Shown here one piece after another: positions 25,387-33,948 of a stretch of 35,406 nucleotides of DNA (position 1 is its first letter; the number at the start of each line of letters is the position of its first letter). The notes beneath the pieces were generated by a model. That model worked only from the letters and a program-made list of their open reading frames with translations, was not told the DNA's origin and did not search any database. This stretch comes from a bacterium (lineage in GTDB: Bacteria > Muiribacteriota > UBA6191), in the NCBI GenBank assembly GCA_036339875.1, contig JAYZAC010000027.1, forward strand, positions 1-35,406. Reading direction: 5' to 3'. A program made the translations under genes and the position numbers.

Positions 25387-26346
25387 CTATACCCCTTCAG
25401 TCTTTTCCGTGCAATCTGTGCGTTCAATTTGTGGCATTATCTGCTCTTCAAACCATTTTATATCTTTTTTGATTTGAGAGCTAAGCTGATCGATATTATC
25501 AAATTGTTTAACTTTTCTAATTTGTTCAATAAATTGAATATTGAGGATTTCGCCGTATAAGTTACCTTCGAAGTTATGAAAATAAGCTTCCAGTTGATAT
25601 TTATGTTCATTAAATGTGGGTGCTTGTCCTAAATTAGCTAAACCAGCCAAGGTTTTATTATTATGAATGCATTTTATAGCATAGACCCCTGGTGCTAGTG
25701 TTACCTGTTGCTTAGGTGGAATTATATTTGCAGTTGGAAAACCGAGTTTACGCCCTCGTTGACTACCTGAAATAACTTCACCACAAATAGTAAAATATCG
25801 ACCTGCAGTCTTGTAATAATATTTAGTATCTCCTGCCCTGATAGCTTCTCGAAGATTTTTAGAGGAGTAGGTGATCCCTTCGATCTGCTGACGGTGAGTT
25901 ATTTCCACAGAGATATTATATTTTTGAAAAAAATCTTTCATAAATTGGGCGTTACCAGCGCCCCCTTTACCAAAACGAAAATCGTAGCCGACTTGAATTG
26001 CCTGGAGATCAAGAACTTTTTTTATGTAGTTAAGAAATTCCAGAGGTGACTGCTCTCTAAATTGTGAATCAAAATTAGCGACAAAAACTCCATCAAGATT
26101 GCTCTGAAGAAGCGAATTATATTTCTGTTCATAGGTTTGTAAGAGTTTGTAGGAATGACCTATGAAGAGTATTTGAGGATGAGGTTCAAAGGTTAAAACC
26201 CAAGCTGGATACTTCATTTCTGATGCTCTATTTTTTATTCTTTCGAGCAATACTTGATGTCCAAGGTGAACCCCATCAAAATTACCAATAGCTAGGCAAA
26301 CTTTTGGTCGATCAAGAAGATTTTCTAGCTTTACAATGGCTGACAC
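25387..26346 (-). CDS. ribF: Bifunctional riboflavin kinase/FAD synthetase
   Basis: GNFDGVHLGHQ, TFEPHP, VGYDFRFG, GRKLGFPTAN and NLYG. Confidence 0.96.
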   Translation of the reverse strand: MSAIVKLENLLDRPKVCLAIGNFDGVHLGHQVLLERIKNRASEMKYPAWVLTFEPHPQILFIGHSYKLLQTYEQKYNSLLQSNLDGVFVANFDSQFREQSPLEFLNYIKKVLDLQAIQVGYDFRFGKGGAGNAQFMKDFFQKYNISVEITHRQQIEGITYSSKNLREAIRAGDTKYYYKTAGRYFTICGEVISGSQRGRKLGFPTANIIPPKQQVTLAPGVYAIKCIHNNKTLAGLANLGQAPTFNEHKYQLEAYFHNFEGNLYGEILNIQFIEQIRKVKQFDNIDQLSSQIKKDIKWFEEQIMPQIERTDCTEKTEGV

Positions 26347-27062
26347 CAGTTTCCCTCCAATGATTTTGACTTCATGACCGTTTCAAAAAGTTGTTGTGGG
26401 CTTATAGAGTTTTTATCCTCTAACGGGCCAACCTTGGTTCTTCTAAGAATTTCTAAAGTACCGACTACCTTTTTCTCAGTTACTGCTTTACGAAGTAAAT
26501 CTTGAACTAGTTGTCTTACGTAGGTTCCTTTAGAGCAGTTTACCTCAAAATGAATCATTTGATCTTCAATTTGATTCAGTTGGAATTCAAAAATCTCTAC
26601 GGCTCTGTAGGGAGGTTTTATATTTATTTTAGAATCACCTCTACGAGCGTAATTGTATAGTTTTTTACCGTTTACTTTTCGAGCAGAAAACAATGGTGTT
26701 TGTTGATCGTATGTGCCTAAAAACTGCTTAGCTGTAACTTTTAAATCTTCAATATCTATTTCGAGATCACTTTGCAGTTCAACTAATTTACCCTCACAAT
26801 CTAATGTTTCAGTAAGGTAGCCTTGCCTGAAAGCTCCGCTGTAGGATTTGTTACCCTTAAGATAATTTTGTAATGCTTTCGTGCCTTTACCAATACCTAT
26901 CGGAAGAACACCGGTAGCAAATGGGTCTAAAGTCCCTCCGTGACCTACTTTTTTAGCGCCGAAAATTCTTTTAACGAAACGTACGCAATCCGCGGAAGTA
27001 ACTCCAACAGGTTTATCTAGATTAATCAGCCCATTGAAATTGCTGTAGTAGAGTTTCCTCAT
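26331..27062 (-). CDS. truB: tRNA pseudouridine(55) synthase
   Basis: LDKPVGVTS, KVGHGGTLDPFATGVL, GKKLYNYAR and CSKGTYVR. Confidence 0.96.
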   Translation of the reverse strand: MRKLYYSNFNGLINLDKPVGVTSADCVRFVKRIFGAKKVGHGGTLDPFATGVLPIGIGKGTKALQNYLKGNKSYSGAFRQGYLTETLDCEGKLVELQSDLEIDIEDLKVTAKQFLGTYDQQTPLFSARKVNGKKLYNYARRGDSKINIKPPYRAVEIFEFQLNQIEDQMIHFEVNCSKGTYVRQLVQDLLRKAVTEKKVVGTLEILRRTKVGPLEDKNSISPQQLFETVMKSKSLEGNWCQPL

Positions 27063-27072
27063 TAGATTGACT

Positions 27073-27504
27073 TTATTCGTTGGGATTCCCGACTGGATCG
27101 TCCTGAGAATCTTGAGTTTTTTGTTTGATAGACTCTAATTCAGCCTGTTCTTCTTTGACAGCTTGGTCCATGGCCTGCAATTGCTCTTCCCAGTCGTCAT
27201 AAAAAAAATCAAGCAGAGGGACATTTTTGACAGCTAGATTTCGTGCCAAACAGGAGCGAAAGTATCCAGACATACCTTGTAAAATACCCATAGCTATTTC
27301 TCTATCGTTATTACTCATTCCTGAGTTCATAAATGATACATATAGCCTAGCGAATCCACCATCGGGGCTTACATGCACTCTGTTGATAACTGGACAAGCT
27401 CTCTCGATGCGACGATCGCGCACATCTCTTTGAATTAAACTACTAATATTACGCAGGATGTCTTTCTGAAGTCTTTCAACCTTAAACCCTCGACCTCGTG
27501 GCAT
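27073..27504 (-). CDS. rbfA: Ribosome-binding factor A
   Basis: VRDRR, VHVSPDGGFARLYVS and VPLLDFFYD; lies between infB and truB; GGGAG before ATG 27504. Confidence 0.88.
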   Translation of the reverse strand: MPRGRGFKVERLQKDILRNISSLIQRDVRDRRIERACPVINRVHVSPDGGFARLYVSFMNSGMSNNDREIAMGILQGMSGYFRSCLARNLAVKNVPLLDFFYDDWEEQLQAMDQAVKEEQAELESIKQKTQDSQDDPVGNPNE

Positions 27505-27543
27505 CTGTTGCTCCCAATTTTCACAGTCTGACAAGATTCATAG

Positions 27544-29832
27544 TCAGTCGTGAGGTATCTCCTGCATCTCAAAAACTTCAATTACGTCTGAAACTTTTAA
27601 ATCATTATATCTCAAATTGATTCCGCATTCGTAACCACTCAAGACCTCATTGACTGACTCTTTGAAACGGTTAATTGATTCAACTTTACCATTAAATACT
27701 TCAACACCGTCTCTTATCACTCGGGCTTCTTTACCTCTTAAAACTTTTCCAGAGTCTACGAAACAGCCTGCAATTTTGCCAACTCTAGATATGGCGAAAA
27801 CATCACGACAGGTTGCACGCCCCAGTACAACTTCCTTAAATTTAGGATCAAGCATTCCTGTGATTGCCTTTTCAATATGCTCGATTGCTTCGTAAATAAT
27901 ACGGTAATTCCGAATTTCCACTTCATGTTCTTCAGCTAGGTTGATCGTCTTGGTGTCGGTACGCACATGAAAACACATTATGATTGCACCCGAAGCCGAG
28001 GCTAACATTATGTCAGATTCTGAAACGGCACCAACCCCAGAATGAATAACTTTAACTCTGACATCTTCTTTATGTATTTTTTCTAAACTCTCGCTCATCG
28101 CGATTACTGAACCGTGAACATCGGCCTTTACAATGACCTTTAATTCTTTCAGTTTTCCCTCTTCCACCTTTGCAAACAAATTTTCAAGACTGACTACTTT
28201 ATCGGCTCCACGAACCATTTGGTCTTTTGCTCGCGCCACTCTTTGTTCTACAAAATTTCTAGCCACTTTTTCTGAGTCAGCAGTGAAAAATCTGTCAGCG
28301 AATTCTGGGACATAATCAAATCCTGTGATTTCAACAGGTGTAGATGGACCAGCTTTTTCTACCTTGCGTCCATATTCATCAGTCATAGAGCGAATTCGAC
28401 CTGAACTCGTTCCCGCTACCATAATGTCGCCAATTGATATAGTACCTTTTTGAACTAAAATTGTAGCTACTGATCCACGTCCCTTTTGCTGTCCAGCTTC
28501 AACCACTACCCCAGCTCCGATACGGTTAGGATTAGCCTTTAATTCCATTAAGTCGGCTTGTATGGCTACTAATTCTAATAGATCATCTACGCCCTCTCCA
28601 GTAATTCCTGACACACCTTGACATGGAACGGTTCCGCCCCATTCTTCAACGATTAGTCCGTTAGCGCCAAGGTCTTCGTATACTTTCTGAGGATTGACAT
28701 CGGGACGGTCCATTTTTGTTATTGCAACTATAATGGGTACGTCAGCGTTTTTCGCATGATTGATTGCCTCTAAAGTTTGTGGCTTGACGCTATCATCTGC
28801 AGCAACTACGAGGATAGCGATATCGGTGATTTGAGATCCATGTGCTCTCATAGCAGTAAATGCTTCATGACCCGGCGTATCTAAGAAACAAACGGACTGT
28901 CCAGATTTCGTATTAACTTTATATGCACCAATGTGCTGTGTAATACCGCCGGCTTCTCCTGCAGCTACTTCTGCTTTTCTAATGTAATCCAGCAGTGTAG
29001 TTTTGCCATGATCAACGTGACCCATAACCGTTACAATTGCATCTCTTGGCTCAAGTGTTTCCTCTGGGTCCTCGAAATCAAGATCTATCAGTTCTTCATT
29101 ACCAGTGTCTTCAGCTACCTTATAACCATACTCTTCTGCAATAATTGCACAGGTGTCCATATCTAATTTTTGATTAATTGAAGCCATGATACCCATAGCG
29201 AATAATTTCGAGATTATTTCATTTGCCGAGACTCCCATGTCATCTGCAAGTTCACCAGGGGAGCCACCTTCCGTCAGATACAATGTACGTGCTTCTTCAG
29301 CGTCTTTGATTTTTTGAAGCTCGCGACGTTCTGCTCGTGACTGAGCCTTTTCTTTCTGCTTTTTTCTTTTAGCTATTTTAGCTTGTTGACGCTCATACTC
29401 AGTCATTGCAACCTTTTTACGAGGTTGTCTTCCTGCGAGGGTTTCAGGCAATATTGGACGCGAGATAGCCTTACCTTTAGCTGCACTAGTTTCTTGTTTA
29501 TTTTCTTTAACAGGTTCTGACGCCGGGACGGCTACCGGTTTTTCTGAATCGACTTTTTCTGATTCTTTATCAGCTATAGGTACTTTGCCCTTCTCGAGAT
29601 CATCGGAGCTGATAGAAGGAAGATCTCGCATCGAACGAATTACACCATCGGCTGAGGTAGCGTCATTCGACTCCTCAGTTTTAATTAGAGCCTTAATTTG
29701 GCCTGCTAAATCTTCGTCCACTGAACTTAACGGACTTTTAACATCAATTCCATTCTGTTTACAAATTGCAACCAGTTTATTCTTATCGAAATTGATCTCA
29801 CTCGCTATTTGAAATACCCTTATTTTTGCCAT
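27544..29832 (-). CDS. infB: Translation initiation factor IF-2
   Basis: MGHVDHGKTTLLD, GEAGGITQHIGAY, DTPGHEAF and KADVHGS. Confidence 0.98.
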   Translation of the reverse strand: MAKIRVFQIASEINFDKNKLVAICKQNGIDVKSPLSSVDEDLAGQIKALIKTEESNDATSADGVIRSMRDLPSISSDDLEKGKVPIADKESEKVDSEKPVAVPASEPVKENKQETSAAKGKAISRPILPETLAGRQPRKKVAMTEYERQQAKIAKRKKQKEKAQSRAERRELQKIKDAEEARTLYLTEGGSPGELADDMGVSANEIISKLFAMGIMASINQKLDMDTCAIIAEEYGYKVAEDTGNEELIDLDFEDPEETLEPRDAIVTVMGHVDHGKTTLLDYIRKAEVAAGEAGGITQHIGAYKVNTKSGQSVCFLDTPGHEAFTAMRAHGSQITDIAILVVAADDSVKPQTLEAINHAKNADVPIIVAITKMDRPDVNPQKVYEDLGANGLIVEEWGGTVPCQGVSGITGEGVDDLLELVAIQADLMELKANPNRIGAGVVVEAGQQKGRGSVATILVQKGTISIGDIMVAGTSSGRIRSMTDEYGRKVEKAGPSTPVEITGFDYVPEFADRFFTADSEKVARNFVEQRVARAKDQMVRGADKVVSLENLFAKVEEGKLKELKVIVKADVHGSVIAMSESLEKIHKEDVRVKVIHSGVGAVSESDIMLASASGAIIMCFHVRTDTKTINLAEEHEVEIRNYRIIYEAIEHIEKAITGMLDPKFKEVVLGRATCRDVFAISRVGKIAGCFVDSGKVLRGKEARVIRDGVEVFNGKVESINRFKESVNEVLSGYECGINLRYNDLKVSDVIEVFEMQEIPHD

Positions 29833-29854
29833 GCAAAGCCTCTTCTAGTGCGGA

Positions 29855-30913
29855 TTATTGGCCCTCTGAATTGAGGCTCCTAATATAATCACTCTCTTTT
29901 ACAATATCAATCTTTATATGGGCAAGTTTGGCCGACAAACGAACATTTTGCCCTTCTTTACCAATTGCCAGTGATAATTGTTGGTCTGGTACTACTACAA
30001 ACATACGGTTTTCATCTTCAATATATTCCATGTGATTTGGTTTAGCTGGAGATAATGCGTTGGCAATATAAACTCTTAAATCTTCGTTCCATTTCACAAT
30101 ATCAATTTTTTCACCGAAAAGTTCATTTACGACCACCTGAATACGAGACCCTCGTAATCCTACGCATGAACCTACCGCGTCTATGTGATCTTCTGCAGAG
30201 TAAACCGCGATTTTACTTCGCACGCCGGGCTCCCTAGCAATGCTTTTTATCTCGACTAATTTATCTGGAATTTCTGGGATCTCCTGCTCAAATAATCGTT
30301 GAAGAAACTCTGGATGAGTACGCGAGAGAGCGATTTGAGGTCCTCTAGATGTTCTGCGAACATCTATTATCACTGATTTTATTCGGTCACCTTGACGAAA
30401 TCGTTGACTAGGTATTTGCTCGCGAAGTGGCATGATAGCCTCTACTCCATCGTCTAATTCAACTAAAATATCGCCTTTATCAAACCGTTGTATTTTTCCA
30501 ATAATTAACTCATTGATACGGTTCGAATATTTATCATAAATAGTTTTACGATCCACTTCATTCATTTTTTGACTGATAACTTGCTTTGCGGTTTGGGCCG
30601 CAACTCTGCCGAATTGACGTGGTGTAATATCAACCTTAATTTGATCGTTGACTTCCACTTCGTTAGCTATAGATTGAGCCTCTTTAAAGGTTATCTCATG
30701 TTCGGGGTTTGATAATTTAGCTACAACAGTTTTGTAGGTTTTAACAGCGATTTTTCCATCTTCTTCCACCTCTATCAGAAGCTCTCCATCAAAATCATAG
30801 TTTTTACGGTAGGCAGATATGAGAGCAGCCTCCATCGTCAGATAGAGCTCTTCAGCTGATATTCCTCTCTCTTTCTGCAGCTCCTTTAAGGCTGTGATCA
30901 AGTTGAATTTCAT
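29855..30913 (-). CDS. nusA: Transcription termination/antitermination factor NusA (short form)
   Basis: FGRVAAQTAKQVI, AREPGVRSKIAV, GSCVGLRGSR and LSLAIGKEGQNVRL. Confidence 0.98.
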   Translation of the reverse strand: MKFNLITALKELQKERGISAEELYLTMEAALISAYRKNYDFDGELLIEVEEDGKIAVKTYKTVVAKLSNPEHEITFKEAQSIANEVEVNDQIKVDITPRQFGRVAAQTAKQVISQKMNEVDRKTIYDKYSNRINELIIGKIQRFDKGDILVELDDGVEAIMPLREQIPSQRFRQGDRIKSVIIDVRRTSRGPQIALSRTHPEFLQRLFEQEIPEIPDKLVEIKSIAREPGVRSKIAVYSAEDHIDAVGSCVGLRGSRIQVVVNELFGEKIDIVKWNEDLRVYIANALSPAKPNHMEYIEDENRMFVVVPDQQLSLAIGKEGQNVRLSAKLAHIKIDIVKESDYIRSLNSEGQ

Positions 30914-30922
30914 AATAACTCC

Positions 30923-31390
30923 CTAAAACTCCAAATGAAATCGCGCTTTTTTAATGTCAGACCATTGGAGGCGATGCTTCTGCAGGGCATCCTTTGGTTT
31001 AGCACCCTTGGATTTACCAGTGATCTCTAAAAATCGATTTTCCGCATCAATTATCTGCACCAAACCAATCAAGCAGAGACCTTCGAATGTAGTTAATTCA
31101 AATTTTTTATCTTGATGGAAAATGAAATCTGTTGGGAAAATACACTTTCGACTAAGGCCGGGCGTACCAAAAGTAACATCATAATCCTCGTAGTCTTCAT
31201 AAAAATCACTATTGTAGAATTCTCGATGCAGTAAGCTGCATTCCTCCAGACTCATGCCACCTGGACGATCTACCGAGATATCAAGTTGGTTTCGCTCATT
31301 AGACAAACTGGATTTGATACCATATAGATGAATCTGGTCATCGAGTAAATCTCTGACCCGTTTTTCCATCAACTTCAAGTCCAATTTCAT
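30923..31390 (-). CDS. rimP: Ribosome maturation factor RimP (divergent)
   Basis: VDRPGGMSLEEC and YDVTFGTPGLSR; directly upstream of nusA. Confidence 0.85.
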   Translation of the reverse strand: MKLDLKLMEKRVRDLLDDQIHLYGIKSSLSNERNQLDISVDRPGGMSLEECSLLHREFYNSDFYEDYEDYDVTFGTPGLSRKCIFPTDFIFHQDKKFELTTFEGLCLIGLVQIIDAENRFLEITGKSKGAKPKDALQKHRLQWSDIKKARFHLEF

Positions 31391-31398
31391 CGTTCCTC

Positions 31399-31426
31399 AA
31401 AAAAACAATCCGGCACACAGGCCGGA
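31399..31426 (-). terminator. Second leader terminator, directly before the rimP SD
   Basis: Minus strand TCCGGC-ctgtgt-GCCGGA-TTGTTTTTTT, then GAGGA-acg-ATG. Confidence 0.7.
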
Positions 31427-31524
31427 AGATAGCTTTGAGACGTTATCACAAATTCTTCATTGTTCTTGAATTGTGGAAGCTGAGTTGGAGTAAAATCTTT
31501 ACTCGAGGTAAGCTTCGACGCCTC

Positions 31525-31554
31525 AAAAAAAGAAGTGGCGAAATGCCACTCCCC
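31525..31554 (-). promoter_or_regulatory. rimP-leader-like attenuator hairpin
   Basis: Minus strand GGAGTGGC-atttc-GCCACTTC-T7; resembles the conserved GAGUGG...CCACUC terminator upstream of rimP-nusA-infB. Confidence 0.7.
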
Positions 31555-31567
31555 AAGCGAGACGCCT

Positions 31568-31597
31568 AATATAGCATGATGGCCTTACATTGAGCAA
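31568..31597 (-). promoter_or_regulatory. Putative promoter of the rimP-nusA-infB operon
   Basis: Minus strand TTGCTC (31597-31592), 18 nt ending in TGC, TATATT (31573-31568). Confidence 0.55.
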
Positions 31598-31610
31598 GAA
31601 AACGAGCTCG

Positions 31611-32558
31611 TTATTTTTGTAAATTATTATTCTTTAGCCACTGAGCTAGATTCCATAAACCCTTAGCATAAAATTCGTTACGATTATAAGATAGAAGTGC
31701 TCTCAATTGGATATTATCGAATTTTCCCGACTTAAAGTTTGAAGATTGTTCTTTTCCCCAACCTTTTTGATTTAAGAAAAAAGCTGAAGAGGCAAATCCA
31801 TCCGCTAAGTTATTTAATTGAATCTCATTATCTCCATTGCCATCCTTAAGCATCCAGAAATTATATGGAAGGAACTGGACAACTCCACATGCTCCTGCCC
31901 AGTTTGATTCTACCTCTTGTTGACCAGTAGCAGTAGCCCAAAGATAAAGACAGGCGAGATTTCTACGCGCGGATCTTAAAAGTCTACTGAGGCGCTGCTT
32001 ATCTATCGTGTGCGAAAATTTATTTAATAGTAAAAGCTGTGTTAAAAATACTTCGTGAGCTTTATATTTTAGCCGAAATTTTCCAAGCCGCGACTCCATT
32101 GCTGCCAGAGCAACTAGAACCTCTGCATTAATGTAGTATTTAGATTCTATGTTTTGTAATGATTCTAGGTGTTCTTTGTATGCTTGCTTAATTCTCGTTT
32201 GATTTTTATGAGACTCTAGGTTGCTAGAATTTTTTTTATTTCCCTTATCAAAAGTTTCCTGAGAATCTGGTCGAGCATATCGACTAACGGATTTCCATAC
32301 TGGCCTAAAGGAAGCTTTTTCTTCCAACCAAGTCACGAAGTGTTTTGAATCAATTCCAGGGTTGAATTGCTGCCAATATGGTTTTGATGCCATGAATTGT
32401 AAATCACTTTTCAAGTCCTTCTCAAAATTTTGAAGAGATTTACGACCCAGAGATAGTAACTCCAGTTTTAATTTGAGTGAATTTAAGTATTCATTGAAGT
32501 CGGGAGAGGTGAAGTAAACATCTTTAATGAATAAAATTATTACAAAAAGAAATCTCAT
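31611..32558 (-). CDS. Lytic murein transglycosylase, MltB-like
   Basis: VLVALAAMESRLG (catalytic Glu), NWAGACGVVQFLP, EF-hand-like DGNGDNEIQL and YNRNEFYA; ATG 32558 chosen. Confidence 0.85.
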   Translation of the reverse strand: MRFLFVIILFIKDVYFTSPDFNEYLNSLKLKLELLSLGRKSLQNFEKDLKSDLQFMASKPYWQQFNPGIDSKHFVTWLEEKASFRPVWKSVSRYARPDSQETFDKGNKKNSSNLESHKNQTRIKQAYKEHLESLQNIESKYYINAEVLVALAAMESRLGKFRLKYKAHEVFLTQLLLLNKFSHTIDKQRLSRLLRSARRNLACLYLWATATGQQEVESNWAGACGVVQFLPYNFWMLKDGNGDNEIQLNNLADGFASSAFFLNQKGWGKEQSSNFKSGKFDNIQLRALLSYNRNEFYAKGLWNLAQWLKNNNLQK

Positions 32559-32566
32559 AAACAATA

Positions 32567-32593
32567 GGAGCTGCACGTATCCTGTGCAGCTCC
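32567..32593 (-). terminator. Stem-loop after citrate synthase (probable terminator)
   Basis: Perfect 10-bp stem GGAGCTGCAC-N7-GTGCAGCTCC followed on the minus strand by TATTGTTT. Confidence 0.7.
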
Positions 32594-32619
32594 GAATTTA
32601 ATAAGTGAACAAGTTGCTG

Positions 32620-33762
32620 TTATCTATTATTAATGGGTGTATACTCCAAGTCCTTCTCACCGACGTAATGAGCCTTTGGTCGATATAGACGGTTATCATT
32701 CCATAGTTCCAAAATATGTGCTGTCCAGCCGGATACTCTGGATAAAGCAAATATGGGAGTATAATCAATAGGTTCAATTCCCATCAAGGTGTAGAGTGTT
32801 CCAGAGAAAAAGTCTACATTGGGCCAAATTTCCTTACCAGAGGCTTCCATTTTAGCAGCCATCTTGGCTTGTAAAGCTTTCAAAATTTCCAGATTGGAGG
32901 TGTCATTTTTCTCACTGGCAAGCTCTTCAAGCATTGAGCCTAAAATTTTAGCTCTAGGATCAATAGTCTTATAAACACGATGTCCCATTCCCATGACTTT
33001 TTTCTTTTCAGTCATTGCCGTTTCAAACCATGTGTTCAGGTTTTCGATTGATCCAATTTCATCGACCATGTGAAGTACTCTTTCATTAGCTCCACCATGG
33101 AGAGGTCCGTAGAGGGCTCCTACAGCAGCAGCGACAGCTGAATGTAGATCAGATAAGGTCGACCCAACGACTCTTCCTGTAAACGTTGAAGCGTTGAAGG
33201 TATGCTCCGCGTGAAGTATTAAACAAACATCAAACATTCGTACAATTTTCTCGTTTGGTACCTCCCCGTGAAGCATGTAGAGAAAGTTGGCCGAATGATC
33301 AAGCTCAGTACGAGGTTCGAGAATTGGCAAACTACGCCTGTGTCTGGATGCAGCTGCAATAATTGTTGGATATGCCGCGATGAGTTTTATAGCGGCTTCA
33401 CGTTTATCCTCCATACTCCAGCTAGAATCTTGCTTTTCGTGCATTCCTAAAGCTGCTGTTAATAACTGAAGAATTCTCATAGGGTGAGCATCCTTGGGAC
33501 ATTGATCCAACATTTGTAATACATAAGGAGGAACCTTGCTATTATCCTTCAATTTGTTGATCAATTCATTGAGCTGATTTTGTTTCGGTAATTCGCCGTA
33601 CAGTAATAGATAAACGGTTTCCGGATAGCTTGACTCGCGAGCAAGAGTCTGTATAGGGTAACCACTGTAATACAGTTCGCCTTTTTCACCATCTATGGTG
33701 CAAATTCTGGATTCGTCGGCAATAACACCTGCCAACCCCCGAGAGTAGCTTACGTCAGACAT
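32620..33762 (-). CDS. gltA: Citrate synthase (short type; 2-methylcitrate synthase not excluded)
   Basis: HAEHTFNAST, GPLHGGANE, MGMGHRVYK, DPRA, PNVDF and LYRP; SD GGAGG. Confidence 0.88.
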   Translation of the reverse strand: MSDVSYSRGLAGVIADESRICTIDGEKGELYYSGYPIQTLARESSYPETVYLLLYGELPKQNQLNELINKLKDNSKVPPYVLQMLDQCPKDAHPMRILQLLTAALGMHEKQDSSWSMEDKREAAIKLIAAYPTIIAAASRHRRSLPILEPRTELDHSANFLYMLHGEVPNEKIVRMFDVCLILHAEHTFNASTFTGRVVGSTLSDLHSAVAAAVGALYGPLHGGANERVLHMVDEIGSIENLNTWFETAMTEKKKVMGMGHRVYKTIDPRAKILGSMLEELASEKNDTSNLEILKALQAKMAAKMEASGKEIWPNVDFFSGTLYTLMGIEPIDYTPIFALSRVSGWTAHILELWNDNRLYRPKAHYVGEKDLEYTPINNR

Positions 33763-33948
33763 TTTCTTTCCTCCATGTTTTATGTTTACAGCCGCAAATT
33801 AATTTGTGTATTAAAAATTAAATCAACCGTCAAAGCAACTAGGTGCTGTATTGTACTACTAAACCAACTGTAATCGTAGTCTTTGATTTTTAATGACAAA
33901 ATACTGTATTTTTGGGCAATAAATGTGTATGTTTTGAACTCCGATTCT

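Noticed and set aside
25154..25387. xseB or rpsO assignment by position
   Set aside because: Lacks XseB (FEeal..LE.IV..LE) and S15 (DTGS.EVQ) motifs.
26331..27062. Short TruB (243 aa) as a possible pseudogene
   Set aside because: Catalytic motifs are intact, the gene is coupled to ribF, and short TruB forms lacking the C-terminal domain are known.
31434..31527. tRNA (metY-like) upstream of rimP
   Set aside because: Only two internal arms; no T-loop consensus, anticodon arm or CCA end.
18249..33450. Other short track ORFs nested in the TPR pair, dehydrogenase, PBP1A, ispD, rbfA, infB, nusA and gltA genes
   Set aside because: Shadow ORFs with no independent evidence.
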